Of a stretch of DNA of 36,436 nucleotides, positions 18,071-29,348 are shown piece by piece. Every line of letters begins with the position of its first letter. Positions within the stretch are counted from its first letter, which is position 1. This stretch comes from Acidimicrobiia bacterium (GTDB lineage: Bacteria > Actinomycetota > Acidimicrobiia > IMCC26256 > PALSA-555), in assembly GCA_022865365.1 (NCBI GenBank), contig JALHSW010000101.1:1-36436 (forward strand). The letters are read 5' to 3'. Under the pieces are notes generated by a model, which was not told the origin of the DNA, did no database searches, and saw only the letters and a list, made by a program, of their open reading frames with translations. The position numbers were made by a program, and so were the translations under genes.

Positions 18071-19545
18071 AGCACCCTGGCCTTGGCGCCGGGGAACCGC
18101 TGCAGAACCTCGTACCCCTCGTCGGCCAACCGGTCGGGGAGTGCGGCCAGGCTCCCAAGGCGATCCTTCGACCAGACGAGCACCGCGCACACGCGCGGGT
18201 CGGCCGCCGCCTTCCCGACCACGCCCGTGGTGATCCGGTGCTGCTGGAAGCGCTTCACCGACACGTCGACGAAGCCCGCGGGCACGCGCCGCTCCGCGCG
18301 CAACGCGAAACCGGGATCGTCACTGATGACCCACGCGTCGGCGGGAAGGGCGCGCAGCCGGTCGATGGCAGTCGTCTCGGCGCGCGAGTACGCGCCGGGC
18401 CAGAGGATGTCGCGGGTGTTCAGCACCCACCAGGGCACGAGGACGATGAAGAGCACCGCGAGCACACGCCACGGTGCCGGACGCAAGACCGCGAGGAGCG
18501 ACAACGGAACCACCACCTGGGAGACGTGGGGGCGCCACATCGCGGGCTCGAGCACCAGGAACAGCACCTGCACGCCGAGCCATGAACCCAGGACGGTTCC
18601 CGCAAGTCGGATGCCGACCTGCTCTCCGGGAGCGGCAGGTACCCCGGGAGAGACAGCCCGACGCACCGGCCCCTCGATCCCGGTCGGCCCTCCATCGACG
18701 TGGGGGGAAGCGGGTTCGGCGCTCCGACGACGGCGCCACGTGATCACGGCGATCGTGGCGAGCGAGGCCAGCGCGGCGGCGACCACGAACGGGTCTCGTT
18801 CGGCCAGCGTCTGCAGCAGGGTCGTGAAGTTGCCGCCATAGCTGCGGAGCCGCTTCGAGTCCTGGTGATAGAGCACGGACTGGTCCCACACGCGATCCAT
18901 CCCCCAGGGGAGCGCCGATGCGAGGAACACTGCAACTGCCACGGCGACCGCGGTGAGGAAGTCACGCACACGTCGGCCGCGCCACGTGGGAGGCCAGGTC
19001 GGAAAGAGAAGGAGAAGCCCGACCGGAATCGTCGCGGGTACGACGATGGGCTTCACGCAGAGCGCAGCGCCCATGGTGAGCCCGATCCCGATGGCGAGAA
19101 GGGTCGAGGGTCGTGCGTGGTAGCGGAAGGCGAGCGCGACCGCGACGACCGCCAGCGCCAGGGCCGGGCCGTCGCCGCTCAACGGCGCCGTCACGTACAG
19201 GATCGAACCGCTTGTCGCGACGAGACCACCGGCCAGCAGCGCTCCGCCGCGGCTGGTGACCCGCCGTCCAATCGCGTACGTGGCCACGACGGCGACCGCG
19301 CCTGCCGCGACGGTCAGGAGTCGGGCGCCGTTCATGGTGCGAAGACCGATCAGGTCGGCGAGCCCGAGCAACGGGTAGTGCAGCGGGCCCTGAGACGAGA
19401 ACAGGTCACGGTAGGGCAGGTCGCCGTCGCGCAGACCGAGCACCACGGCGCCGTACTGGCCATCGTCGAACGTGAGGTGGCGAGAGGCGAAGAACGCCGG
19501 GATCCGGAGCAGGAGAGCGCCCAAGGCGAGGAGCGCGGCATCCAT
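18043..19545 (-). CDS. GT-C fold glycosyltransferase (ArnT/PMT-like)
   Basis: TFDDGQY after TM1, LPYRDLFSSQGPL, ARLL, ALCVKP; multi-TM plus C-terminal soluble domain. Confidence 0.8.
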   Translation of the reverse strand: MDAALLALGALLLRIPAFFASRHLTFDDGQYGAVVLGLRDGDLPYRDLFSSQGPLHYPLLGLADLIGLRTMNGARLLTVAAGAVAVVATYAIGRRVTSRGGALLAGGLVATSGSILYVTAPLSGDGPALALAVVAVALAFRYHARPSTLLAIGIGLTMGAALCVKPIVVPATIPVGLLLLFPTWPPTWRGRRVRDFLTAVAVAVAVFLASALPWGMDRVWDQSVLYHQDSKRLRSYGGNFTTLLQTLAERDPFVVAAALASLATIAVITWRRRRSAEPASPHVDGGPTGIEGPVRRAVSPGVPAAPGEQVGIRLAGTVLGSWLGVQVLFLVLEPAMWRPHVSQVVVPLSLLAVLRPAPWRVLAVLFIVLVPWWVLNTRDILWPGAYSRAETTAIDRLRALPADAWVISDDPGFALRAERRVPAGFVDVSVKRFQQHRITTGVVGKAAADPRVCAVLVWSKDRLGSLAALPDRLADEGYEVLQRFPGAKARVLYARSDCSP

Positions 19546-19558
19546 CCGCCAGGCATGA

Positions 19559-21958
<2,400 letters not shown>

Positions 21959-21966
<8 letters not shown>

Positions 21967-22906
21967 TCGCCTCGAAGCGGTGCTCTCCGAGCACGCGACG
22001 TGGCTCGCGGTCGAACGGGGTCTACGCCCCAACACGCTCTCGGCCTACCGCCGTGACCTCCGCGCCTACGAGAGTTTCCTACGCTCCCGCGGCGTCGATG
22101 ACCCCGCGGCGATCGACGAGTCGTACGTGCGCGACTACATGGCGGCGCGGTCCGCTGCGGTCGACGACGGGCCGCCGCCCGCACCGGCGACGGTGGCGCG
22201 TGCCCTCGTTGCGGTGCGCTCGTTCCATCGGTTCTGCGTCGATGAAGCGTTCGTGTCGACCGACCCGAGCGAAGACGTGCACGCGCCGAGGGTGCCGCTC
22301 GGAATTCCCAAGGCGCTGAGCGAGGCCGACGTGAGCGCGTTGCTCGCGAGCGTGACCGGTGGGGACCCTCGCGCCCTGCGCGACCAGGCGATCCTCGAAG
22401 CCCTGTACGCGGGTGGTGTGCGGATCACAGAGCTGGTCGGACTCAATCGTGCCGATCTCGACCTCGAGGGCGGTCTCGTGCGCGTGTTCGGCAAGGGAGC
22501 GAAGGAGCGCATCGTGCCCATCGGGCGTCCGGCACGCGCGGCCATCGCCACCTACCTCGACGCCGGAAGGCCCGAGCTGCTCGCGAGGGCCCGTGCCGGG
22601 CCGCGCGCCGGCGACGCCGTGTTCCTCAACGCCCGAGGCGGTCGCCTCACCCGCCAGGGCTGCTGGGGGATCGTGCAGGCCGCAGGGACACGCGCGGGGC
22701 TGGGCGATCGGGTCCACCCGCACGTCTTGCGCCACTCGTGCGCAACCCACCTCCTCGACCATGGCGCCGACATCCGCGTTGTCCAGGAAGTGCTCGGGCA
22801 CGCGAGCGTGTCGACGACCCAGGTGTACACGAAGGTCTCGGCGAAGCGTCTGCGGGCGGTCTACGAGGCTGCCCACCCGCGGGCTCGCACGATCCCGATC
22901 GCCTGA
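21959..22906 (+). CDS. xerD: Tyrosine recombinase XerD
   Basis: ERGLRPNTLSAYRRDL, GVRITEL, GKGAKERIVP, HPHVLRHSCATHLL, LGHASVSTTQVY. Confidence 0.95.
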
Positions 22907-22939
22907 GGAATCGCCGCCCCCCGGCGGTAGCATTGGGTC

Positions 22940-23278
22940 ATGTCCGCATCGAGCCTCGCGACCATCCGCGCCCAGCTCCAGGAGGAGCGAGGCCGCCTTC
23001 GGGAGCGGCTCCACGAGCTGGGGCTCGGTGCCGACGACGCGCTCGACTTCGACGGTGGGTTCGCCGACTCGAGCCAGGTGACGGCCGAACGGGGCGAGAT
23101 GGAAGCCCTCGCCGGCACGCTCAACGACACGCTACGCGAGGTCGAGGACGCGCTCGCCAAGCTCGACGACGGCACCTACGGCCGCTGCGAGGCGTGCGAA
23201 GGGCCGATTCCCCAGGCGCGGCTCGAAGCCAAGCCGGCGGCGCGTCTCTGCATCGCCTGCGCTTCCAAGTCCCGCTGA
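22940..23278 (+). CDS. TraR/DksA C4-type zinc-finger protein
   Basis: Coiled coil then GTYGRCEAC...ARLEAKPAARLCIAC; -10 TAGCAT 6 nt before ATG. Confidence 0.9.
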   Translation: MSASSLATIRAQLQEERGRLRERLHELGLGADDALDFDGGFADSSQVTAERGEMEALAGTLNDTLREVEDALAKLDDGTYGRCEACEGPIPQARLEAKPAARLCIACASKSR

Positions 23279-23282
23279 CGGC

Positions 23283-23930
23283 GTGCGCCTTCGCGAAGCC
23301 GTCGTTCTCTTCGGCTGCCTGGTCGTCGCGATCATCCTGCACGAGATCAGCCACGGAGTCGTCGCGCTCTGGTGTGGCGACGACACGGCGAAGCGGGCAG
23401 GGCGGCTCACCCTCAATCCCGTCCCGCACGTCGATCCGTTCGGGTCGCTGATCCTCCCGGCAATGGGCGCCCTCGCGGGCCTCCCGGTGATCGGCTACGC
23501 GAAGCCGGTGCCGGTGAACCCGCAGCTGCTGCGACGGCCGCGCCGCGACATGGTGCTGGTGAGCCTCGCCGGTCCGACGACCAACTTCCTGCTGATGGCG
23601 CTCGCCGCGCTCGCGGCGCGGTTCCTGGTCGCGCAAGGCCGAGGCCTCGGTGGCGCTCTCGACGCATCGACATCAGACCTCGTCGTCGAGATCGTGTTCT
23701 CTTTCGCGGTGGTCAACCTGCTCCTCGGCCTGTTCAACCTGCTCCCGATCCCACCACTCGACGGCTCCGCCCTCTTGGAGCGCGCGCTTCCGCAGGAGTG
23801 GCTGCCAACGTGGTATCGGTTCCGACCCTACGGGCTGGCGGTCATCTTCGCGCTCGTCTTCTTCACCGGCGTCGTGAGCACGCTCATCACGCCGTTCTAC
23901 GACGCGTTGTACAACTTCGTGGTGTCATGA
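23283..23930 (+). CDS. Site-2 protease (peptidase M50)
   Basis: HEISH, GRLTLNP, SLAGP, FNLLPIPPLDG. Confidence 0.93.
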   Translation: MRLREAVVLFGCLVVAIILHEISHGVVALWCGDDTAKRAGRLTLNPVPHVDPFGSLILPAMGALAGLPVIGYAKPVPVNPQLLRRPRRDMVLVSLAGPTTNFLLMALAALAARFLVAQGRGLGGALDASTSDLVVEIVFSFAVVNLLLGLFNLLPIPPLDGSALLERALPQEWLPTWYRFRPYGLAVIFALVFFTGVVSTLITPFYDALYNFVVS

Positions 23931-23954
23931 GCTGCGCCCCATGAACTGCCTCCG

Positions 23955-24488
23955 ATGAAACGGGCCCGGCATCTCACCCGCCGCTTCTTCGCAGCGTTGT
24001 GGCCGGGGCGCCCCGCAGCGAGCGACGATGCCTGGGTTCGCACCTTCGTGAACCCGGCGGAGTACGAGATCTGGGCGCGGATGGCGAACCACGACCGTCG
24101 ACACTCGATCGGGGTCGCACGTAGCGTCCAAGTCACGTTGTCGGGTACCGCGTACGCCGACCAGCCCGAGTGGCTCGAAGCGGCGCTCCTGCACGATGTG
24201 GGCAAGCTCGACTCGCGACTGGGGATCTTCGGGCGCGTTGGCGCCACCCTCGCGGGCTGGGCTGCAGGACATGACATGGCCGACGTTTGGTCGGGGAAGC
24301 GGGGGATCACCCGACGGGTGGGTCTGTACCTACGACACGGCGAACTCGGCGCGACGCGCATCCGCTTCGTCGGCGGGAGCGAGTCGGCCGCGCGTTGGGC
24401 AGCCGCCCACCATGAACCCGACACGTGGTCGGCGACGGGCATCCCGACGCCGGTGATCGAGGCACTCCACGCGGCCGACGACGATTGA
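23955..24488 (+). CDS. HD-domain metal-dependent phosphohydrolase
   Basis: DRRHS, AALLHDVGK, HGELGA, HH, terminal ADDD. Confidence 0.85.
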   Translation: MKRARHLTRRFFAALWPGRPAASDDAWVRTFVNPAEYEIWARMANHDRRHSIGVARSVQVTLSGTAYADQPEWLEAALLHDVGKLDSRLGIFGRVGATLAGWAAGHDMADVWSGKRGITRRVGLYLRHGELGATRIRFVGGSESAARWAAAHHEPDTWSATGIPTPVIEALHAADDD

Positions 24489-24544
24489 CCCGACTTGCTA
24501 CGGGTCGGAGCGGGTCCGTCAGAAGAAGTACTCACCCGCCCCGC

Positions 24545-25534
24545 TCATGCGCGGGGAAGCAGGCCGACTGCGTCGCGGACTCTGGTGATGACCTTGGTCG
24601 CGATCGCCTCGGCCTTGTCCGCGCCGAGCGTGAGCAGCGCCGTCACCCGGCCCGGGTCGGCTTCGAGCTCCTCGTAGCGCGCCCGTAGTGGCCGGAGGAA
24701 CTCGACGACCGCTTCGGCGGTCGCGGCCTTGAGCGCGCCGTAGCCCTTGCCGGCGTGGTCGCGCTCCACGTCGGGGATCGCCTTTCCGGTCGCGGCGGCG
24801 AGGATCTGGAGCAGATTGGCGACACCGGGCTTCTGCTCGGGGTCGAAGCGAATGTCGGACTCCGAGTCGGTGACCGCGCTCGTCAGCCGTTTGGTGATCA
24901 CCCCGGGATCGTCGAGGAGGGCAATCGTCCCTTGGGGTGAGTTGGCCGACTTCGACATCTTCGCGGTCGGGTGCTGTAGGTCCATGACTCGCGCGCCGAA
25001 TGGCGGGATCGCGGCCTCGGGGACCACCAGGGTCTTGCCGAACCGATGGTTGAAGCGCAACGCGATGTCACGCGCGAGCTCGAGATGTTGGCGTTGGTCG
25101 TCACCCACGGGAACGCGGTCGGTGTCGTAGGCGAGGATGTCGGCAGCCATGAGGACCGGGTAGTCGAAGAGCCCTGCGCTCACGGACTCCTGCCCTCGGC
25201 CCTTCTCCTTGAACTGCGTCATCCGGCGCAATTCGCCGACGGTCGCAACGCAGTTGAGGATCCACGTGAGCTCGGTGTGCGCGGGGACGTGGCTCTGCAC
25301 GAACAGCGTGCAGCGGTCGGGGTCCAGGCCGGCTGCGAGCAGGATCGTCGCAGTACGCCGCGTCTGCTCGGCCAACTCGGCCGGGTCGTACGGGGACGTG
25401 ATCGCGTGGAGATCCACCACGCAGTAGATGGCGTCGTGGGTGTCCTGGTCGGCCACCCACTGGCGTACGGCCCCGAGGTAGTTGCCGAGGTGCATGTCGC
25501 CCGTGGGCTGGATGCCGCTGAACACCCGTGCCAT
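24545..25534 (-). CDS. trpS: Tryptophan--tRNA ligase
   Basis: FSGIQPTG, HLGN, YPVLMAADIL, VPVGDDQRQH, KMSKS. Confidence 0.97.
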   Translation of the reverse strand: MARVFSGIQPTGDMHLGNYLGAVRQWVADQDTHDAIYCVVDLHAITSPYDPAELAEQTRRTATILLAAGLDPDRCTLFVQSHVPAHTELTWILNCVATVGELRRMTQFKEKGRGQESVSAGLFDYPVLMAADILAYDTDRVPVGDDQRQHLELARDIALRFNHRFGKTLVVPEAAIPPFGARVMDLQHPTAKMSKSANSPQGTIALLDDPGVITKRLTSAVTDSESDIRFDPEQKPGVANLLQILAAATGKAIPDVERDHAGKGYGALKAATAEAVVEFLRPLRARYEELEADPGRVTALLTLGADKAEAIATKVITRVRDAVGLLPRA

Positions 25535-25591
25535 GGGCCGACACGGTACTTGGCCGGGTTCGGGTGACCGCGGCCGATATCCTCGACCGTG

Positions 25592-26407
25592 ATGGGCTAC
25601 GAGGTCTCCACCCCCGTCTTCGCGGGCCCGTTCGACCTGCTGCTGCACCTGATCCTCACGCAGGAGGTCGATCTCTGGGAGGTCTCGCTCGCGACGATCG
25701 TCGACGCCTACCTCGTCGAGCTGGAACGGCTCGGGGACCTCGACCTCGAGGTCGCGACCGAGTTCCTCCTGATCGCCGCGACGCTGGTCGAGCTGAAGAC
25801 CCGTCGACTTCTGCCGGGGCCGGCCGACCTCGAGCTCGACGAGGAGCTCCTCCGCTTCGAGGAACGGGATCTCCTGCTGGCGCGGCTCCTCGAGTGCAAG
25901 ACCTTCCAGGACGCGGCACGCTCGATCTCGACGCTCATGCGCCGCGCCGAGCGGAGCCTGCCCCGCCAAGCCGGCCCAGAGGAGCCCTTCCGCTCGCTCG
26001 TCCCGGACCCCCTCGAGCGGGTTCCCCCCCGAAAGCTGCGCGACGCGGCGCGACGCGCGCTCACGCCCCGGCTCGAGGAACAGGTTCGTACTGATCACAT
26101 CGCGCCGATCCGCGCGAGCGTCGCCGACGCGATCAGCCTGCTCCTTGATCGCGTCCCCGAGCGCGGAGCGATCTCGTTCCGCGAGCTCGCAGCCGATGCA
26201 GAGTCGCGCATCGACGTCATCGTGCGCTTCCTCGCCGTGCTCGAGCTGTTCAAGCAGGGCTTCGTCGAGCTCGACCAGGTGGAGAACTTCGGTGTGCTCG
26301 AGGTGCGTCGCGCCCTCGATGCCGACGCCGCACTCGACGCTGCGAGCATCGCCGACTGGGACGAAGCATCGGAGACCGCACTGAAGGGGGAGCGCGAGCA
26401 ACCGTGA
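25592..26407 (+). CDS. scpA: Segregation and condensation protein A
   Basis: FAGPFDLLLHLI, EFLLIAATLVELK, RFLAVLELFK; alternative GTG start at 25589. Confidence 0.94.
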   Translation: MGYEVSTPVFAGPFDLLLHLILTQEVDLWEVSLATIVDAYLVELERLGDLDLEVATEFLLIAATLVELKTRRLLPGPADLELDEELLRFEERDLLLARLLECKTFQDAARSISTLMRRAERSLPRQAGPEEPFRSLVPDPLERVPPRKLRDAARRALTPRLEEQVRTDHIAPIRASVADAISLLLDRVPERGAISFRELAADAESRIDVIVRFLAVLELFKQGFVELDQVENFGVLEVRRALDADAALDAASIADWDEASETALKGEREQP

Positions 26408-27108
26408 CGATTTCCGATCCCGACGATGTCACCATCGACGGCGACCTCGCCGCTGCCGACGAGCTCGCCACGCCGGATCGCGACCATTCGGGTGACGAAG
26501 CCCGGCGCGCGATCGAGGCCGTCGTGCTTGCAGCGACAGAGCCGGTCGAACCTCAATTCCTGGCCGAGCTGGTCGAGCTTCCGATCGCTCGCGTCGAGGA
26601 GTTGTGCGCGGACCTCGTGCGTGAGTACGAGGAGACCGGGCGCGGGTTCGTGCTGGCTCGCGTCGCCGGCGGGTACCGGTTCCAGACCCACCCCGACCTC
26701 GCGCCGTACGTCGAACGGTTCGTTCTCGAGGGTCAGCACGTCCGATTGTCGGGCGCAGCGCTCGAGACGCTCGCGATCGTGGCCTACAAGCAGCCGATCG
26801 CGCGAGGACAGGTCTCCGCGATCCGCGGTGTCAACGTCGAGACCACGCTCCAGACGCTCGTCGCCCGGGGCTACGTCACCGAAGTCGGACGCGACCCGGG
26901 GCCGGGGTTGGCCGTGCTCTACGGAACCACGCTTGCGTTTCTCGAGCGTATCGGCCTCGACTCCATCGACGACCTCCCGCCACTCGGTGACTTCGTGCCC
27001 GACGCGAGCATCGTCGAGGCTCTCGAGCGCGGCTTGCGGATGCCCGACGACCCGCTCGCTGACCCTGAACCTGGCGACCGACCTGACGATGAGGGCGACG
27101 ACGCCTGA
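26404..27108 (+). CDS. scpB: Segregation and condensation protein B
   Basis: VAGGYRFQT, LSGAALETLAIVAYKQP, IRGVN, LYGTT, LPPL. Confidence 0.95.
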   Translation: MTISDPDDVTIDGDLAAADELATPDRDHSGDEARRAIEAVVLAATEPVEPQFLAELVELPIARVEELCADLVREYEETGRGFVLARVAGGYRFQTHPDLAPYVERFVLEGQHVRLSGAALETLAIVAYKQPIARGQVSAIRGVNVETTLQTLVARGYVTEVGRDPGPGLAVLYGTTLAFLERIGLDSIDDLPPLGDFVPDASIVEALERGLRMPDDPLADPEPGDRPDDEGDDA

Positions 27109-27889
27109 CCGAGCGGACGCCCCGGCCCGCCCCGACGACGAGGGACGAGAGCGGATCCAGAAGGTCCTCGCGCGTGCGGGCTTCGGGTCGCGCCGCGCGT
27201 GCGAGCAGCTCATCGCCGCGGGTCGCGTCACGGTCGACGGCGCGCTCGCGCGTCTCGGCGATCGAGCCGACCCCGATGACCAGCGCCTGGCCGTCGACGG
27301 TGTGCCGGTCATCACGCGACCGGGCCTCGTGTACTACCTGTTGAACAAGCCGCCGCAGGTCGTGACCACAGCGCAGGACCCTCAGGGTCGGCCCACCGTG
27401 GTCGAGCTCGTTCCTGAAGAGCCCCGCGTCTTCCCGGTCGGCCGTCTCGACTTCGAGACGGAGGGCCTCCTGCTGCTGACCAACGACGGCGAGCTCGCAC
27501 AGCTCCTCACGCACCCGAGCCATGGTGTCGAGAAGACGTACCTCGCCGAGGTCACCGGCGCGGTCGAGCCGGGGGTCATCCGGGCACTTCGCAACGGTGT
27601 CGACCTCGACGACGGGCGCACCGCGCCGGCGCGCGTGCACGTCGTGCAGTCGGGCCCGGATCGCAGTGCCATCGAGCTGACCATCCACGAGGGCCGGAAC
27701 CGCCAGGTGCGGCGGATGTGCGCTGCGGTCGGACTCACGGTGCACCGACTCGTGCGAACACACCTCGGCTCGCTCCACGACTCGCGCCTCGCCCCGGGCA
27801 CGTGGCGCGCGCTCCGGCCCGCGGAGGTCCGCACGCTCTACAAGTTGGCTCTCGAAACGGCACCCGGGGACGCGCAACCCTCGCACTAA
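27089..27889 (+). CDS. rluB: 23S rRNA pseudouridine synthase (RluB/RsuA family)
   Basis: ERIQKVLARAGFGSRR, LNKP, VGRLD, GLLLLTNDG, EGRNRQVRRM; start codon uncertain. Confidence 0.93.
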   Translation: MRATTPDRADAPARPDDEGRERIQKVLARAGFGSRRACEQLIAAGRVTVDGALARLGDRADPDDQRLAVDGVPVITRPGLVYYLLNKPPQVVTTAQDPQGRPTVVELVPEEPRVFPVGRLDFETEGLLLLTNDGELAQLLTHPSHGVEKTYLAEVTGAVEPGVIRALRNGVDLDDGRTAPARVHVVQSGPDRSAIELTIHEGRNRQVRRMCAAVGLTVHRLVRTHLGSLHDSRLAPGTWRALRPAEVRTLYKLALETAPGDAQPSH

Positions 27890-27900
27890 CCTCGATCGGC

Positions 27901-28263
27901 GTGAGGCTGCGGGCGCTACGGGGCGCCATCACGTGCGACGAGAACTCCAAGGCCGAGATCGTCACCAAGACCCAGCGGCTCGTCGAAGAGCTGCTCACGC
28001 GCAACGAAGTCGACCATGACGACCTCGTGAGCATCATCTTCACCGCGACCGACGATCTCACGGCGGAGTTCCCGGCCACGGCAGCCAGAGCCCTCGGCCT
28101 CGGCGACGTGCCGCTCCTGTGTGCGCGCGAGCTGGCAGTCGAACACGGACTCGCCCGCGTCGTACGCGTCCTCGTTCACTGCCACACCGAGCAGTCGCGC
28201 GCCGAGCTCCACCACGTCTACCTCGACGGCGCACGAGCACTGCGCGACGACCTGCCCGCGTGA
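27901..28263 (+). CDS. aroH: Chorismate mutase, AroH type
   Basis: RALRGAIT, SIIFTATDDL, FPATAAR, VPLLC, HVYLDGARALRDDL. Confidence 0.93.
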   Translation: MRLRALRGAITCDENSKAEIVTKTQRLVEELLTRNEVDHDDLVSIIFTATDDLTAEFPATAARALGLGDVPLLCARELAVEHGLARVVRVLVHCHTEQSRAELHHVYLDGARALRDDLPA

Positions 28264-29348
28264 GGCGCGTCGGCATCGTCGGTACCGGGCTGGTCGGAGG
28301 GTCGGTGGGCTTGGCGCTCCGGCGTTCGGGCGTCTCGGTCGCCGGGTTCGACCGTGACCCGGTGCACCTCCAACGGGCGGTCGAGATCGGAGCGATCGAT
28401 GAGGCCGTCGCGACCGGCGCCGAGACCACCACGGGCGCCGACGTGGTGCTCGTCGCGATCCCCGTCGGTCACATCGCCGATGTGGTGATCCAGGTGCTCG
28501 ACGCGGGCGCCAACGCGGTCACCGACGTCGGTTCGGTCAAGGCTCCGATCGTCGACGCGGTCGCAGCCGCCCGACCGGCGCTCGCGGAGCGATTCGTCGG
28601 CGGTCATCCGATGGCGGGATCGGAGCAGGAGGGGCTCGACGGCGCGGACGCTGATCTCTTCATCGGTACGACGTGGGTGTTGACGCCGACCGGTCACACC
28701 GACACCGCTGCGTTCACGAGCGTCCGCGCGCTCGTCGGGCTCGTCGGCCCGGAGGTGCTCGCGGTCAGTCCCGAGCATCACGACGCGCTGGTCGCCGTCG
28801 TCAGCCACGTACCGCAGCTCGCGGCGACGACGCTGATGGACGTGGCGGCAACCCGCGGCGAGGAGCACGCCACGCTCTTGCGACTTGCCGCAGGAGGCTT
28901 TCGCGACATGACGCGCATCGCGTCGGGTCATCCGGGGATCTGGCCCGACATCTGCGTCGCGAACCGCGACGCCATCGTCACGGCGCTCGACGCGTACCTC
29001 GCGGCACTCGAGCGCGTGCGCGGTCTCGTGACCGAGGGCGATCGCGACGGACTCCTACAGCTCCTCGAGCGCGCGCGCACTGCCCGACGGAGCCTTCCCC
29101 GCGGCATCGCGTCCGGCGAGCTGCTGGCTGAGCTCCGGGTCCCGATCCTCGATCGTCCCGGGTCCCTCGCCGAGGTCACGACTCTCGCCGGAGGGATGGG
29201 CGTCAACATCTCCGACGTCGAGATCGCGCACTCAGTCGAGGGCGGGGGCGGCGTGCTCGTGTTGGTGATCGCCGCGCGCGATGCTGACGCGTTCGTGGGC
29301 GCGCTCGCCGGGCTCGGCTACCACCCGGCGAGGACGGAGCTCCCGTGA
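28260..29348 (+). CDS. tyrA: Prephenate dehydrogenase with C-terminal ACT domain
   Basis: GTGLVGGS, TDVGSVK, GGHPMAGSE, HDALVAVVSHVP, GFRDMTRIA, DRPGSLA. Confidence 0.93.
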   Translation: MRRVGIVGTGLVGGSVGLALRRSGVSVAGFDRDPVHLQRAVEIGAIDEAVATGAETTTGADVVLVAIPVGHIADVVIQVLDAGANAVTDVGSVKAPIVDAVAAARPALAERFVGGHPMAGSEQEGLDGADADLFIGTTWVLTPTGHTDTAAFTSVRALVGLVGPEVLAVSPEHHDALVAVVSHVPQLAATTLMDVAATRGEEHATLLRLAAGGFRDMTRIASGHPGIWPDICVANRDAIVTALDAYLAALERVRGLVTEGDRDGLLQLLERARTARRSLPRGIASGELLAELRVPILDRPGSLAEVTTLAGGMGVNISDVEIAHSVEGGGGVLVLVIAARDADAFVGALAGLGYHPARTELP

